DNA of 64,000 bases, taken from contig QKMY01000023.1 of assembly GCA_003242895.1 (NCBI GenBank), forward strand, positions 1,982-65,981, written 5' to 3'. The notes beneath the pieces were generated by a model, which worked only from the letters and a program-made list of their open reading frames with translations, had not been told where the DNA came from and did no database searches. Both the position numbers and the translations under genes were made by a program. This document shows positions 8,425 through 19,001 of the stretch, one piece after another. Positions within the stretch are counted from its first letter, which is position 1; every line of letters begins with the position of its first letter. Origin of the DNA: Candidatus Margulisiibacteriota bacterium. GTDB lineage: Bacteria; Margulisbacteria; Riflemargulisbacteria; GWF2-39-127.

Positions 8425-10239
8425 TTAATCTAATTTTGCAATTTCTTCAAAGCGAATATCCATTCCAATAATACCGCAGATATTGTCTTGTAAATCGACA
8501 ATCGGCGCGGACACTGTTATACACCAGGCGCCAGTTATTCTTGAAGTATAGAATTTTGTCGCATGATGCTGACCGTCCTGTAGCGGAGTCAGGAACCATG
8601 TTCTGTCTGAAAAATTAGTATTCATGTCGATGGATTGATCGTATTTTCCTTTGTCTTCTAACTGAGATATGTTTTTGGTTATTTTCTGTCCATCAGTATT
8701 GACGACGTAAATAAACTGGATAAAATGGTACTTGTTGGCATAATTAAGAAGTATTTTTTCTATAATTGATGCCTTCATGGTTTTTAGTTCGTCTCTATTG
8801 CTGATTTCTTCAAGTATTTCGAATGCAGTTTCTTTTACTTCGTCAATTAATCGATCGAAGTCGGATTCTACTAGCCCAGGAATATGTATTTTGACCTGTT
8901 CAAGCAACTCTTCATTCGAAACGTCAGTGGTCCTTCCATTATCATATTCTTCCAGAATCCAGTCATATATTTTCTTAACTCCCGGGTGTCGCTTATTAAT
9001 CGATTCGACTTTTTTATCTTTAACCACGTAAACGTTAATCCAATGCGCAACACCAGCAACACCTGACTTGTCTGATACAGAAACATCAAGAGTCCTGTTA
9101 AGCAATTTGTCAGTGTCAAAAATACTGTATATTTCTCTGTTTTTAATAACGCCATCTGCATGAATTCCTGCTCTTGTGGTGTTGAAGTCACGGCCTAGGA
9201 ATGGGTAGTTATAAGGGATAGTGTACTCAAGTTCTTTTTCGAAATATTCACCGATTTCGGTGATAACGGTTGTATCAATTTCTTTGTCATTTCCATAAAG
9301 GCTTATATATTCGATAATTGCTGCTTCAAGGGGAGAATTGCCGGTTCTTTCTCCAATTCCAAGCAATGAAGCGTTAACAGCGGCGCATCCGTAGAGCCAC
9401 GCTGTTACAGAATTAGCATGAACTTTGTGAAAATCATTGTGTCCGTGCCATTCAAGATGTTCGGATGGAACCCCCCCGTCATGGACAAGGCTATGAATTA
9501 TCTTGGCAACACTTCGTGGGAGCGCAGCATTAGGATATGGTACCCCGTAACCCATTGTATCGCAGGCCCTTATTTTTATAGGAATGCCGGATTCTTCCTG
9601 CAGCTCCATTAACTTCTGCACAAAGGGGATTACGAATCCATAGATATCTGCCCTGGTAATGTCTTCCAGGTGGCAGCGAGGTATAATTCCTTCTTCTAAA
9701 GACGTTCTCACGATGTCTAAATAAGAGTCCATCGCTTCTTTTCTTGTTTTGCCGAGTTTCAGAAAAATATGATAGTCAGAGACTGAAGTGAGTATCCCTG
9801 TTTCCTTTATTCCCATTTCTTTGACAAGTTTAAAGTCACTTTTAACTGCTCTGATCCAACTCGAGATAATTGGATATTTATAATCAAGTTCCATACATTT
9901 TTCTACAGCTTCGCGATCTTTTTTGCTATAAAGGAAGAATTCGGTCATTCTAATGAGTCCATGAGGCCCGCTAAGTCTATGCAGATATTTATAGAGCTGT
10001 ACTATTTGCTCAACGGTATAGGGTGGACGGCTTTGCTGTCCATCACGGAAGGTCGTGTCTGTTATCCAGACATCTTTTGGCGGCGATGGGAGTATTATCG
10101 AACTGTCAAAGTCGATTTTACATACCTCATCAAAGGGAAAAGTATCTCTATACAATTGAGGTTCTTTGACGTCTTGAAGGTCAAATTTAATTCTTTGCTT
10201 GCTTGCAAATAAACCACTGGAATCTTTAACGATAGTCAC
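8425..10239 (-). CDS. Probable Re-citrate synthase (DRE-TIM acyltransferase) with C-terminal Cache/PDC domain
   Basis: Motifs ITDTTFRDGQQS, RCHLEDITRAD, EWHGHNDF, GIGERTGN and TRAGIHADG. The C-terminus FSDRTWF...YTSRITGAWCITVSAPI is Cache-like. It shares an operon with the hydro-lyase and icd. Confidence 0.82.
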   Translation of the reverse strand: MTIVKDSSGLFASKQRIKFDLQDVKEPQLYRDTFPFDEVCKIDFDSSIILPSPPKDVWITDTTFRDGQQSRPPYTVEQIVQLYKYLHRLSGPHGLIRMTEFFLYSKKDREAVEKCMELDYKYPIISSWIRAVKSDFKLVKEMGIKETGILTSVSDYHIFLKLGKTRKEAMDSYLDIVRTSLEEGIIPRCHLEDITRADIYGFVIPFVQKLMELQEESGIPIKIRACDTMGYGVPYPNAALPRSVAKIIHSLVHDGGVPSEHLEWHGHNDFHKVHANSVTAWLYGCAAVNASLLGIGERTGNSPLEAAIIEYISLYGNDKEIDTTVITEIGEYFEKELEYTIPYNYPFLGRDFNTTRAGIHADGVIKNREIYSIFDTDKLLNRTLDVSVSDKSGVAGVAHWINVYVVKDKKVESINKRHPGVKKIYDWILEEYDNGRTTDVSNEELLEQVKIHIPGLVESDFDRLIDEVKETAFEILEEISNRDELKTMKASIIEKILLNYANKYHFIQFIYVVNTDGQKITKNISQLEDKGKYDQSIDMNTNFSDRTWFLTPLQDGQHHATKFYTSRITGAWCITVSAPIVDLQDNICGIIGMDIRFEEIAKLD

Positions 10240-10358
10240 TTTGGCACCTCATTGTTTTTCTTGCGTTTTTGAGTCAATAATTTGTTGAGTCATTATATCA
10301 TAGTAAAGCTCATAACCACAATATATCCTGGACAAATTCTATTTCGATTGGTTATAGC

Positions 10359-10387
10359 CTCAGTCCTGCTCCAAAAGCGGGACTGAG
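10359..10387. terminator. GC-rich hairpin downstream of the GH57 gene; possible terminator
   Basis: CTCAGTCCTGCT-ccaaa-AGCGGGACTGAG, a 12-bp stem with no clear U-tract. Confidence 0.45.
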
Positions 10388-10416
10388 ATAGATAATAAAG
10401 ATTTTTTGTGGCTTAA

Positions 10417-13008
10417 CTACGGCCAATATTCCGGACTGTTGAATAAATGCTCAAGGAATGGACTAATTTGTTTTTTGTAGTTTTCTACCTCGAAGTTTAG
10501 CAATTCCGCAATAGAGAGCATATCATTTATTTCTTCAATCTCACGTGTGTTCTTTTCCGGGTTTATTACTTTGCTTGTTTTTTTCTCAACATTAAGCAAT
10601 AACTCGAACATTATATTCTGCGCAGTCATAGATTCTAGGTTGATATCAAACTCTTTTGCTATTTTAAACAACATCCTGATGTCTTTTGTTGTTTCGAATG
10701 AATATTTTTTCTGCAGTGAAATCATTAAATTAGTTAGCGATTTTACAAGCATCCGGCATATTTTGGAATTATTTATCGTTAGTTTATAACGTTTGGCTAA
10801 TCTCCATAGTTCAAAGGCATCTTCATATGCGGAAAAATTGAAGTTCTCCCGGTTTTTCTCAAGTTCGGACAGGAGCATCATCTCAATTGAAAGCTCAGCA
10901 GTGAATTTTAGCTGGACAGGAAGATTAATTCCAAGAGAGACCGCCGATCCAATAAGATCAATATTGTGATGGTAAATGTTAATGAAGGATTCATTGATTG
11001 CATCGGTCCTCTGTTCCAGAATACTTTGTATGAGTTCCTGGCTCTCTTCCATGTAAATGTCTTTTAGTGTGTAATACCTGTCTTCGCACATCTGTTCTAT
11101 TTCATAAGGAGTGGCGTTTCCTTTTTGATTGATAATTTTTAAGGCATTGGTCTTGCATTTATTAAAATCTTCGTGGTTGCTTATTTTCTTTATGTAGCTT
11201 CGAAAGTTATTGAAATCAAGCTGTACGGTATAAGAAAAATATTTCGCTGTTTCCCGGGTTAACTTGTCGGTTGTTTCAATATAAAGAAAAATAAGATTGT
11301 AATTTTCTGCTTCAATTATCTCTTCGTCTGGGTGAAAGCTTTTATCCAGAACTTTGATTGAATGCAGGCATATTTCATCTTTGGGGAATTTCTGTAAGAT
11401 GAGGTAGTTAATCCCGAACTGATTTACTATCATTTGAGGCGATATAATGTGAGGTTTTATCCAATTAACATATATGTTTTCACCATTATTGCCATTTCCC
11501 AGGTTCGATTCTGCTTCTTTTAGTTTTGAAAGAAATAATTTTTCAAGATCAATATCTGTAAATTCTTGATAGATTTGTATTGCTCTTGCTGCATACTTGA
11601 TTACCTGTACTGTCTCGATGCCGGAGATATCGGCAAAAAACCATGCGCAGCTTGTATACATGAGTAGTGCATTTCTTTGCCCTTCGAGCAGTTTAAGGAT
11701 TTTGCTTTCTTCTTTTTCTGTTAGGTCTTTTAGCTTGCTGCGATTGAGAAAACTATCTATTGATGAAGTGCTTCTATTCAGGATAACGTTAATATAGTCA
11801 TCTCTGGTATCCCATGGGTTGGTTACTAGCCCTTTACTTTCTTTTTCAAATATCATAATCATATGATCCCGGAGTAAGTCTAGCGACTGGCGAAGCGGAG
11901 CTCTCCATTGCTGGTTCCAGCCTTCTTGAGCTCCAGTGCTGCAGCCGCAATCACGATACCATCTGCCGACGCCGTGTGCACAGCTCCAGGCAGTACCTTC
12001 GCCTCCCCAATTTTTGAGGACTACTTCGTCTGTCGGTGGGTACATAGCAAGGTAGTTTCCATAATTGGTTACAGTGAATTCTGTGTTTTTGATTTCTTTG
12101 AAGAACATGTATGCAAGGCACATGTCTCCAAAGGCTTCATGATGCCCGTATGATTCTCCATCAGTACCTATATTAATTAACTGTGGCGGTTTGCGGTTGT
12201 GATCGATAGCAGTGTGAAGCCTGTTCGAAAACGCTGAAGCGCTTTTTAATATATGCTCAAATGCGACTGCTTGGGATATTGGGCCATCATAAAAGAATAC
12301 ATCGAGATATTTGCCGGAAATGTTTTTATCATTTTTATCCTTAAGATAAATGCGGTAAGGTTTCTTGGGATCTATCGAACTGTTTGATACATCGGCCCAC
12401 TCTGTTTTGCCGAATGATCGTACCTTAAGCGCTTGTGTCGGCGAGAGAACTGTGAACTTAATCCCTTCAGCAATTAAGCACTCAGCAGTTTCTTTGTTTA
12501 TTGCCGTCTCTGCCAGCCATATTCCTTCCGGTATCCTTTTGAACCGATGTGTGAAATCAGCCATTCCCCATTTTATCTGGGTGATTTTATCTTTTTTATT
12601 AGCCAGCGGCATAATAATATGATTATATACTTGGGCGATACCATTCCCATGACCGTTATTATCTTTGATGCTTTTTTTGTCTGCTGCTAAGATCCTATAA
12701 TACGTGTGAGGATCTTTTGCTTCTATCCATTGTATAAGCGTGGGACCTATATCAAAGTTAATATGCTCATAATTATTCATTATTTGAATTATTCTCCCTG
12801 CGTTATTAAGAACGCGGGACACAGAGTTAGGGCGATAGCACTGATCATTGATTTTTTGATTCCAATCATGAAAAGGGCTTGCGCTATCCTGTATTTCTAT
12901 TTGCTCACTCCAGGGATTTTCTCTTGGAGGTTGATAAAAATGTCCATGAATTGTAAGACATATCATCGGTTTGTTTTTTCTTTTTTTTCCTATATTCATA
13001 GTTGCCAA
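10417..13008 (-). CDS. Glycoside hydrolase family 57 / DUF3536 protein (glycogen-related)
   Basis: Motifs HGHFYQPPRENPW, GIWLAET, TDGESYGHH, WSCAHGVGRW and MYTSCAWFF. Confidence 0.9.
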   Translation of the reverse strand: MATMNIGKKRKNKPMICLTIHGHFYQPPRENPWSEQIEIQDSASPFHDWNQKINDQCYRPNSVSRVLNNAGRIIQIMNNYEHINFDIGPTLIQWIEAKDPHTYYRILAADKKSIKDNNGHGNGIAQVYNHIIMPLANKKDKITQIKWGMADFTHRFKRIPEGIWLAETAINKETAECLIAEGIKFTVLSPTQALKVRSFGKTEWADVSNSSIDPKKPYRIYLKDKNDKNISGKYLDVFFYDGPISQAVAFEHILKSASAFSNRLHTAIDHNRKPPQLINIGTDGESYGHHEAFGDMCLAYMFFKEIKNTEFTVTNYGNYLAMYPPTDEVVLKNWGGEGTAWSCAHGVGRWYRDCGCSTGAQEGWNQQWRAPLRQSLDLLRDHMIMIFEKESKGLVTNPWDTRDDYINVILNRSTSSIDSFLNRSKLKDLTEKEESKILKLLEGQRNALLMYTSCAWFFADISGIETVQVIKYAARAIQIYQEFTDIDLEKLFLSKLKEAESNLGNGNNGENIYVNWIKPHIISPQMIVNQFGINYLILQKFPKDEICLHSIKVLDKSFHPDEEIIEAENYNLIFLYIETTDKLTRETAKYFSYTVQLDFNNFRSYIKKISNHEDFNKCKTNALKIINQKGNATPYEIEQMCEDRYYTLKDIYMEESQELIQSILEQRTDAINESFINIYHHNIDLIGSAVSLGINLPVQLKFTAELSIEMMLLSELEKNRENFNFSAYEDAFELWRLAKRYKLTINNSKICRMLVKSLTNLMISLQKKYSFETTKDIRMLFKIAKEFDINLESMTAQNIMFELLLNVEKKTSKVINPEKNTREIEEINDMLSIAELLNFEVENYKKQISPFLEHLFNSPEYWP

Positions 13009-13154
13009 GGGTTCTCCTCCGTACCTAAAAATGCAAATTAAATAATTTTTAATATTTTACTACAAATTACTCTTGCTAGTTAATTTCTAGCCGGTATATA
13101 TTCTCTTTCACATTATACTCTATGCGGCATCGAATATGAATCGATATCCACAGC

Positions 13155-13664
13155 TTATTGCGGGTTCCTGAAAGTAGGTGCTGTTTTGGGAGAAGTGCCT
13201 TTTTTTGCTTCATGATAATATGAATACGTCATAGGCTCACCTTCTCTAATGATTTCACCTTCAACTATATTTCCGAGGAACAACGTGTGTGTTCCGACAT
13301 CTAGAGCATTTGCCACTTCAAGTTCAAGATATGCCAAAGTATTCTCAGTAACAATCGGAACTCCAGTCTTACCAATGAGGTAGTTAATCCCTTCGAATTT
13401 GTTGATTTCACGGCCTGATCTGAATCCGAATTTTCCTATTAGGCTGGTAGGGGTTTCTTTTTCTAAGATAGAAACACTGAAAAGATTACTTTTTGTAATA
13501 AATTCATGCGTGAGGTTCTCTTTGTGAATGCTTATTGCTAACATAGGAGGTTTCGCTGTTACTTGAAAGACGGTATTAGCTGTCTGTCCGTTCAATATCC
13601 CATCTTTAATTGAGCTTACTATATAGACTCCGTAATTAATTTGATAAAGTGCTAACGCATTCAT
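13155..13664 (-). CDS. Flavin reductase family protein
   Basis: Motifs YGVYIVSS, NGQTANTVFQVT, FGFRSGR and GTHTLFLG. Start placed after GAGGA. Confidence 0.88.
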   Translation of the reverse strand: MNALALYQINYGVYIVSSIKDGILNGQTANTVFQVTAKPPMLAISIHKENLTHEFITKSNLFSVSILEKETPTSLIGKFGFRSGREINKFEGINYLIGKTGVPIVTENTLAYLELEVANALDVGTHTLFLGNIVEGEIIREGEPMTYSYYHEAKKGTSPKTAPTFRNPQ

Positions 13665-13840
13665 AATTGGTATCCTCAAAATATTTAAATTTAGTTCATT
13701 GGGAATACTACTAAAATACTACAAAAATTTATACTTAAAATATTATACACATACTCTGCTCATATTATCAATTTCCAGGGAGGCAGTGGGTGCAAAATTA
13801 GTTATTAACTTATACTCTAATCTATAATATAATCTGGCCT

Positions 13841-14200
13841 ATGATTATATCGAAGAAGGTTGCTATCTATTATTTACCGCCGATTTTGTATATGGGGATA
13901 ATTTTTTATTTATCCAGCCGGCCGGGAAGCAGTCTTCACCTGCCAGAATTTTCCAATATCGACAAGCTTTTGCATTTTGCTGAATATTTGGGGTTGTCCT
14001 TTTTGTGTTATCGGGCTCTCTTCGCTGATAAAAGATGGCAGTTTAAAAAAATATCAGGAGCTGTTATTGCTTTTGTTGCGCTTTTTGCTTTTTTTGATGA
14101 ACTGCATCAGTATTTTGTGCCTGGAAGAGACGCTTCTGCCGCAGATTTTTCGGTCGATGTTCTCGGTGTTCTTGTCATGTCTTGGTTTTATAAAGAATAA
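13841..14200 (+). CDS. VanZ family membrane protein
   Basis: Motifs DKLLHFAEY and DELHQYFVPGRDAS..D. Confidence 0.88.
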   Translation: MIISKKVAIYYLPPILYMGIIFYLSSRPGSSLHLPEFSNIDKLLHFAEYLGLSFLCYRALFADKRWQFKKISGAVIAFVALFAFFDELHQYFVPGRDASAADFSVDVLGVLVMSWFYKE

Positions 14201-14445
14201 TCATGATTTTTTTATCTACTAAAAGCCTTTTTGCTATGATAAAATGGAAATAGAACTATTGCAAATAACGATCAAGCTTTTTGTTGTTATTGCGTTGTTC
14301 AAAATTATCTAAATATATTCCTAAAATGGAACCCTTTGTAATGAAGATACCTTGGTAATTCTTATGAATCCTTGTATGGGTTGGTATCTGTATGTCTTTG
14401 TTTGCATCTTTTCTATTGTTGATTTTAGCTGGTGGAGTTATATCA

Positions 14446-17025
14446 TTGAAACATATCAAATTCTTAGTTTTTATAGTTATTGCAGCAATTGTATCGTTTG
14501 TCAGTGTTGGGTTTGCAGATAATTTTACATTTATTGAAGCTTCTAACATAGTTATCGACTACAATGGACAGCATATCGTTTGGGGGACTGAGCCGGTATA
14601 CTGTGAAAGTATCCTCTATGTGCCACTCAGAGACCTCATGCCGGTTCTAGACTTTTCCCTTTTTACTAATCGACGTTCATTATTGACGACGCTACAGCGG
14701 CATAGTGATAATTTTCAGATTATTATTGAAGAGGGAAGCCCGATCATTACTGTAGGTGGAAAACAGGAAAACATTTCCAATGATGTGAGAATTATCAAGA
14801 ACAGGATATACGTTCCTTTTATAAATTTTATTGAAAAAATCGGCTATCGAGCACAAAAGGACAAAAAGCTTTTTACAATAGTGCCGGTTATTAATTCTAT
14901 TTCGGTTGAGAATAATTCTTTCATCATTGAGGGCGTCGCCCCGTTTGAGTATAAAGTAGATTATTATAAACAAAAAAGAAAATTACAAATCAGGTTGAGG
15001 GGTTATATTTCGAACAAAACTGTTTCCCAGGAAAAGCTGGAAGATCGTGGAATTGAGTCCGTTGCTGTGAAACAGGTCGATAAGAGTAATCTTGATACCC
15101 TGTTTGAAGTTACATTTCTCGAAGGAACAAAGTACAACTTATACAAATACGAAGGCCGGAACGTTATAGAACTTGAAGTTATTCCCCATAATTCTGCTGC
15201 GTTGGCTAAAAGAAAAGAAGACATTAAAGCTATATTCGAAAACAAAGAGAAAAATATCGAGAAGAGCATTAATGTTACTGCAAAACCAAAAGAGAACGAG
15301 CCGTTAACTAATAATATTAAGGTTGAGCAAACAAAAGTTATTACTACAACTTCACGCTTTGATAAACCTTCTCATAACTCCATCTGGCTGCCGAATCTTA
15401 AAGATCGAAAGCAACTTGATTTTTCCGTTAGCGGAAAAGATGTGTTGTTGAAGGCACCGTTTACGTATCAAGACAAGTCGCTCATGGTCCCGTTGAAGCT
15501 TGTTTTTGAGAAGGCGGGATATAATGTCCATATTAATGCTGATAAGCACCAGGCAACAATTTACCGGGATGACGGTATTGATTATTTGATTAGTGCCGGA
15601 CAGTTGGAAATACAGAATCGTGGGGTAAATAAAAATGGAGCTTTAATCCTTGATACACCTCCTAAAATTATAAATGGAGATATGTACGTTCCTCTTATCG
15701 CGTTTGCCAGAATTATTGGAATGGGAGTCAGATGGGATTCCAAGCTCGAAAAAGTATTTGTTAACCATCGAATTTATGAAGTTGTCTATGAGGAATCGGC
15801 TGGAACGCGCCAGATAACAATTAAATGTACCGGAGAAATTAGGCTGGATAGTGTTTTTGAGGTAGTTAGTCCAAGCATGTTATTAATTACTATTCCAAAT
15901 ACAAACCTGGATGTGCCTGATCCGATCATTGAAATTAATGATGAAAAAATAAAATCTTATCGATTGGCCCAATTGACCAACAATAATTGCCGGATCGCCA
16001 TTGATACGAAGGGGAAAATTCCTTATGGTGTAGTGGATAACGATAATATCCTGGAAGGCACTATTCGATTTGCGGGAGAACTTACCAGTGTCCTTTTGAA
16101 ATCAAACAAGGATGTTTCAGAAATAGTATTGCAAAGCTCATCGAAGATCACTCCGATAATTCAAAAAATCAATGATCCTTTTCGGTTGGTAATTGATGTT
16201 CCTGATATTGTTCTTAAGACGCCCCAGTTTTATGAAGGAGATGGGAAAATAATAAAAAGAGTGAGGGCATCTCAATATCAATGGAATCCTCTGGTAACAA
16301 GAGTCGTTGTTGAGCTAGAGAAGGATGCGTACTATAATACACAGCGTAACGGCGATGACAAGTTGCTTTCAGTGGTTTTGAGCCTGAAAGATATTAAAGA
16401 ACTTAAAGAAAAAGTAGTTGAAGAATTGAAGGCGATTATACCGAAAAAAGAACCGTCGCTTTCTCCTTTGCTTAAAGATAAGATCATTGTTATTGAAGCC
16501 GGGCATGGAGGCCGTGATCCCGGGTGTATTGGCATTGGCGGTACATTAGAAAAAGAACCTGCGCTTAAAACATCAAAGATTATCCAGGAAGAATTAGCTC
16601 AACGTGGAGCAAAAGTAATGATGGCCAGGGAATCTGATGTTTATATGAGCCTTAATGACAGGGTGTTTTTTGCTAATAAGAATCGTGCGGACGTTTTTAT
16701 TAGTGTTCATTATAATTCGTTTGTTAATGGAACCATTTCCGGTACTGAGACATTTTATTCCAAGCCCATAGACCAGGCGCTGGCTAGTGCTGTTCATAAA
16801 GCGATGGTAGAGAAACTGAAAAGGACAGATAAGGGAACAAGAAAAGCAATGCTCTATGTCCTGAATTATACGACGATGCCGGCTATCTGCATCGAACCGG
16901 TTTTTTTATCTAATAAATGGGATGAGCTATTGGCAAATGATGAGAACTTTCAGAAAAAAGTTGCTCTGGCAGTATGCCAGGGTATCGAAGAGTATTTTAA
17001 AAATGTAAAAGGGGGCAAAAAGTAA
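14446..17025 (+). CDS. N-acetylmuramoyl-L-alanine amidase (Amidase_3) with copper-amine-oxidase-N-like and AMIN domains
   Basis: Signal peptide from a TTG after GGAG; repeated YVP[LF] segments; AMIN-like PFRLVIDVP and TRVVVEL; catalytic AGHGGRDPG, EKE, SVHYNS and IEPVFLSN. Confidence 0.9.
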   Translation: MKHIKFLVFIVIAAIVSFVSVGFADNFTFIEASNIVIDYNGQHIVWGTEPVYCESILYVPLRDLMPVLDFSLFTNRRSLLTTLQRHSDNFQIIIEEGSPIITVGGKQENISNDVRIIKNRIYVPFINFIEKIGYRAQKDKKLFTIVPVINSISVENNSFIIEGVAPFEYKVDYYKQKRKLQIRLRGYISNKTVSQEKLEDRGIESVAVKQVDKSNLDTLFEVTFLEGTKYNLYKYEGRNVIELEVIPHNSAALAKRKEDIKAIFENKEKNIEKSINVTAKPKENEPLTNNIKVEQTKVITTTSRFDKPSHNSIWLPNLKDRKQLDFSVSGKDVLLKAPFTYQDKSLMVPLKLVFEKAGYNVHINADKHQATIYRDDGIDYLISAGQLEIQNRGVNKNGALILDTPPKIINGDMYVPLIAFARIIGMGVRWDSKLEKVFVNHRIYEVVYEESAGTRQITIKCTGEIRLDSVFEVVSPSMLLITIPNTNLDVPDPIIEINDEKIKSYRLAQLTNNNCRIAIDTKGKIPYGVVDNDNILEGTIRFAGELTSVLLKSNKDVSEIVLQSSSKITPIIQKINDPFRLVIDVPDIVLKTPQFYEGDGKIIKRVRASQYQWNPLVTRVVVELEKDAYYNTQRNGDDKLLSVVLSLKDIKELKEKVVEELKAIIPKKEPSLSPLLKDKIIVIEAGHGGRDPGCIGIGGTLEKEPALKTSKIIQEELAQRGAKVMMARESDVYMSLNDRVFFANKNRADVFISVHYNSFVNGTISGTETFYSKPIDQALASAVHKAMVEKLKRTDKGTRKAMLYVLNYTTMPAICIEPVFLSNKWDELLANDENFQKKVALAVCQGIEEYFKNVKGGKK

Positions 17026-17832
17026 ATGTATCGTCTAGATCAACGGCCTATTGGGATGTTTGATTCTGGGTTCGGCGGATTGACAGTGCTTGCTCAGGTC
17101 AAAAAACTATTGCCTCAAGAAAATGTTCTTTATTATGGAGACAATCTCCGTGCCCCCTACGGGGGAAGGACCAAAGAAGAGATTATAGGTTTTAACCATG
17201 AAATAGTAGAATTCATGCTTGAAAAGCAGGTCAAAGCGATAATTATGGCCTGTAATACTTCTACCTCTCATGCCCTTCAGCATAATCGGGATCATTTTGA
17301 TGTTCCTTTTGTGAGCCTTATCGAACGTGGAATTGATATGGTATCGGAGATATCTAAAACCAGGAACGTAGCGGTTATGGCAACTGAAGGAACAGTACGG
17401 TCAAAATCGTTTACTGCTTCGATAACTTCTCGGTTTGACAATATTAAGGTTATGGAGATTGCCTGTCCGTTGCTTGTTCCGATTATTGAAAATGGTTCTA
17501 TTCATGATGAAAAAACCAGAGATATAGCCTCGCAATACTTGTCTGAAGCTTTACATCAACAGGCTGATGTAGTAATTTTGGGATGTACTCACTATCCTTT
17601 TCTGGTTCCGGTTTTACAGAAGATAGCACCTGAACATGTTACTTTTATTGACCCGGCAGTAGGTGCTTCTGAATATATTAAAAAATATTTGGAAAAAAAC
17701 GAATTGTTAAATAAATCAAATTGTAATGGCAATTATGAGTATTATACCTCCGGGGATACTATCAAATTCCAGGAATGCGGTAGTAGATTATTAGGATTTT
17801 CATTAGAAAATGTTCAGCATAAATCATTTTAA
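17026..17832 (+). CDS. murI: Glutamate racemase
   Basis: Motifs FDSGFGGLTV, PYG, ACNTS and LGCTHYP. Confidence 0.96.
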   Translation: MYRLDQRPIGMFDSGFGGLTVLAQVKKLLPQENVLYYGDNLRAPYGGRTKEEIIGFNHEIVEFMLEKQVKAIIMACNTSTSHALQHNRDHFDVPFVSLIERGIDMVSEISKTRNVAVMATEGTVRSKSFTASITSRFDNIKVMEIACPLLVPIIENGSIHDEKTRDIASQYLSEALHQQADVVILGCTHYPFLVPVLQKIAPEHVTFIDPAVGASEYIKKYLEKNELLNKSNCNGNYEYYTSGDTIKFQECGSRLLGFSLENVQHKSF

Positions 17833-17932
17833 GGTATAGCATAATTAATTATTGTTTTTTACATAGAGTTCGATAATAAGAGAATTAGTAAAAATATTTG
17901 TGACATAGCTTGTTTGTTAAGGAGGATAAAAT

Positions 17933-18289
17933 ATGTTTTCGTTAATGGTGGAAGATACATTTTCCGCAGCTCATCAATTGTACGATTATAAAGGTCCTTG
18001 CGAGAACCTTCATGGTCATACCTGGAAAATTCAATTATTTGTAGAAGGCGATGTTCTTGATAAGGCTGGGATGCTTGTTGACTTCAGAGTGCTCAAAGCT
18101 ATTTTGAAAGAAGAACGAGATATTCTGGACCATTCGTATCTTAACAAAATAGTGGAGTTTTCTCCTACCTCTGAGAACCTTTCTAAATATTTGTTTGAGA
18201 GAATCTCGCTGAAAATGCCTGAAAATGTACATTTAAAAAAAGTGACCATTTGGGAGTCAGCGAGTACGTGGGCTAGTTACAGCCAGTAA
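17933..18289 (+). CDS. queD: 6-carboxy-5,6,7,8-tetrahydropterin synthase
   Basis: Motifs FSAAH, CENLHGH, DHSYLN, PTSENL and WES; adjacent to queC. Confidence 0.93.
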   Translation: MFSLMVEDTFSAAHQLYDYKGPCENLHGHTWKIQLFVEGDVLDKAGMLVDFRVLKAILKEERDILDHSYLNKIVEFSPTSENLSKYLFERISLKMPENVHLKKVTIWESASTWASYSQ

Positions 18290-18350
18290 TTATTTTGAAT
18301 ACAGACGATGGATTATCTGTTTTTTTACCTTAGTAAGGGGTTATCGATTT

Positions 18351-19001
18351 ATGAAGGCACTTGTATTATTATCAGCGGGGCTAGATTCCCTGGTTAATAT
18401 GGCTCAGGCATTGGATAACGGCTATGAGCTGGAAGCGTTAACCTTTGATTACGGTCAAAAAGCTGCTCAAAAAGAACTAGAACATGCAGCGAACATTTGC
18501 ACGTTTTATTCCATACCACATCGGGTAATTGAACTTCCCTGGCTGGCTGAAGTCACAACAACCTCTTTGGTAGCTTCAAGAAATGAAGTGCCGGTGTTCA
18601 ATGAAGAAAGAATTAATGATACCGATTATATTAATTCCACAGCCAAAGCAGTATGGGTTCCGAATAGAAACGGAACTTTTATAAATATTGCTGCATCGGT
18701 GTCCGAAGCTAAAGGGATAGATGAGATAATCGTTGGATTTAATAAAGAAGAAGCCGCAACGTTTCCTGATAATACGAAAGAGTATCTTGAAAAAGTGAAT
18801 GATGCATTAGCGTACTCTACCTTATCTAAGGTCAAAGTGATTTCTTTTACAACTGATTTCGATAAGATAGCGATTGTAAATCTTGGAAAACGGTTAGCTG
18901 TTCCTTTCAAGTATTGCTGGCCTTGCTATCATAACGGCGCACAACTCTGCGGAAGATGTGAGAGTTGTGTTCGTTATTTCAGGGCACTTTCCGCATATTA
19001 G
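18351..19001 (+). CDS. queC: 7-cyano-7-deazaguanine synthase
   Basis: Motifs LSAGLDS, FDYGQ, VPNRN, FPD and CY...CGRCESC. Confidence 0.92.
   Translation: MKALVLLSAGLDSLVNMAQALDNGYELEALTFDYGQKAAQKELEHAANICTFYSIPHRVIELPWLAEVTTTSLVASRNEVPVFNEERINDTDYINSTAKAVWVPNRNGTFINIAASVSEAKGIDEIIVGFNKEEAATFPDNTKEYLEKVNDALAYSTLSKVKVISFTTDFDKIAIVNLGKRLAVPFKYCWPCYHNGAQLCGRCESCVRYFRALSAY

Noticed and set aside
17833..17932. preQ1 riboswitch upstream of queD-queC
   Set aside because: No AGAGGUUCUAG..CCCUCU stem with an A-rich tail; AGAGTTCG has no complementary arm.
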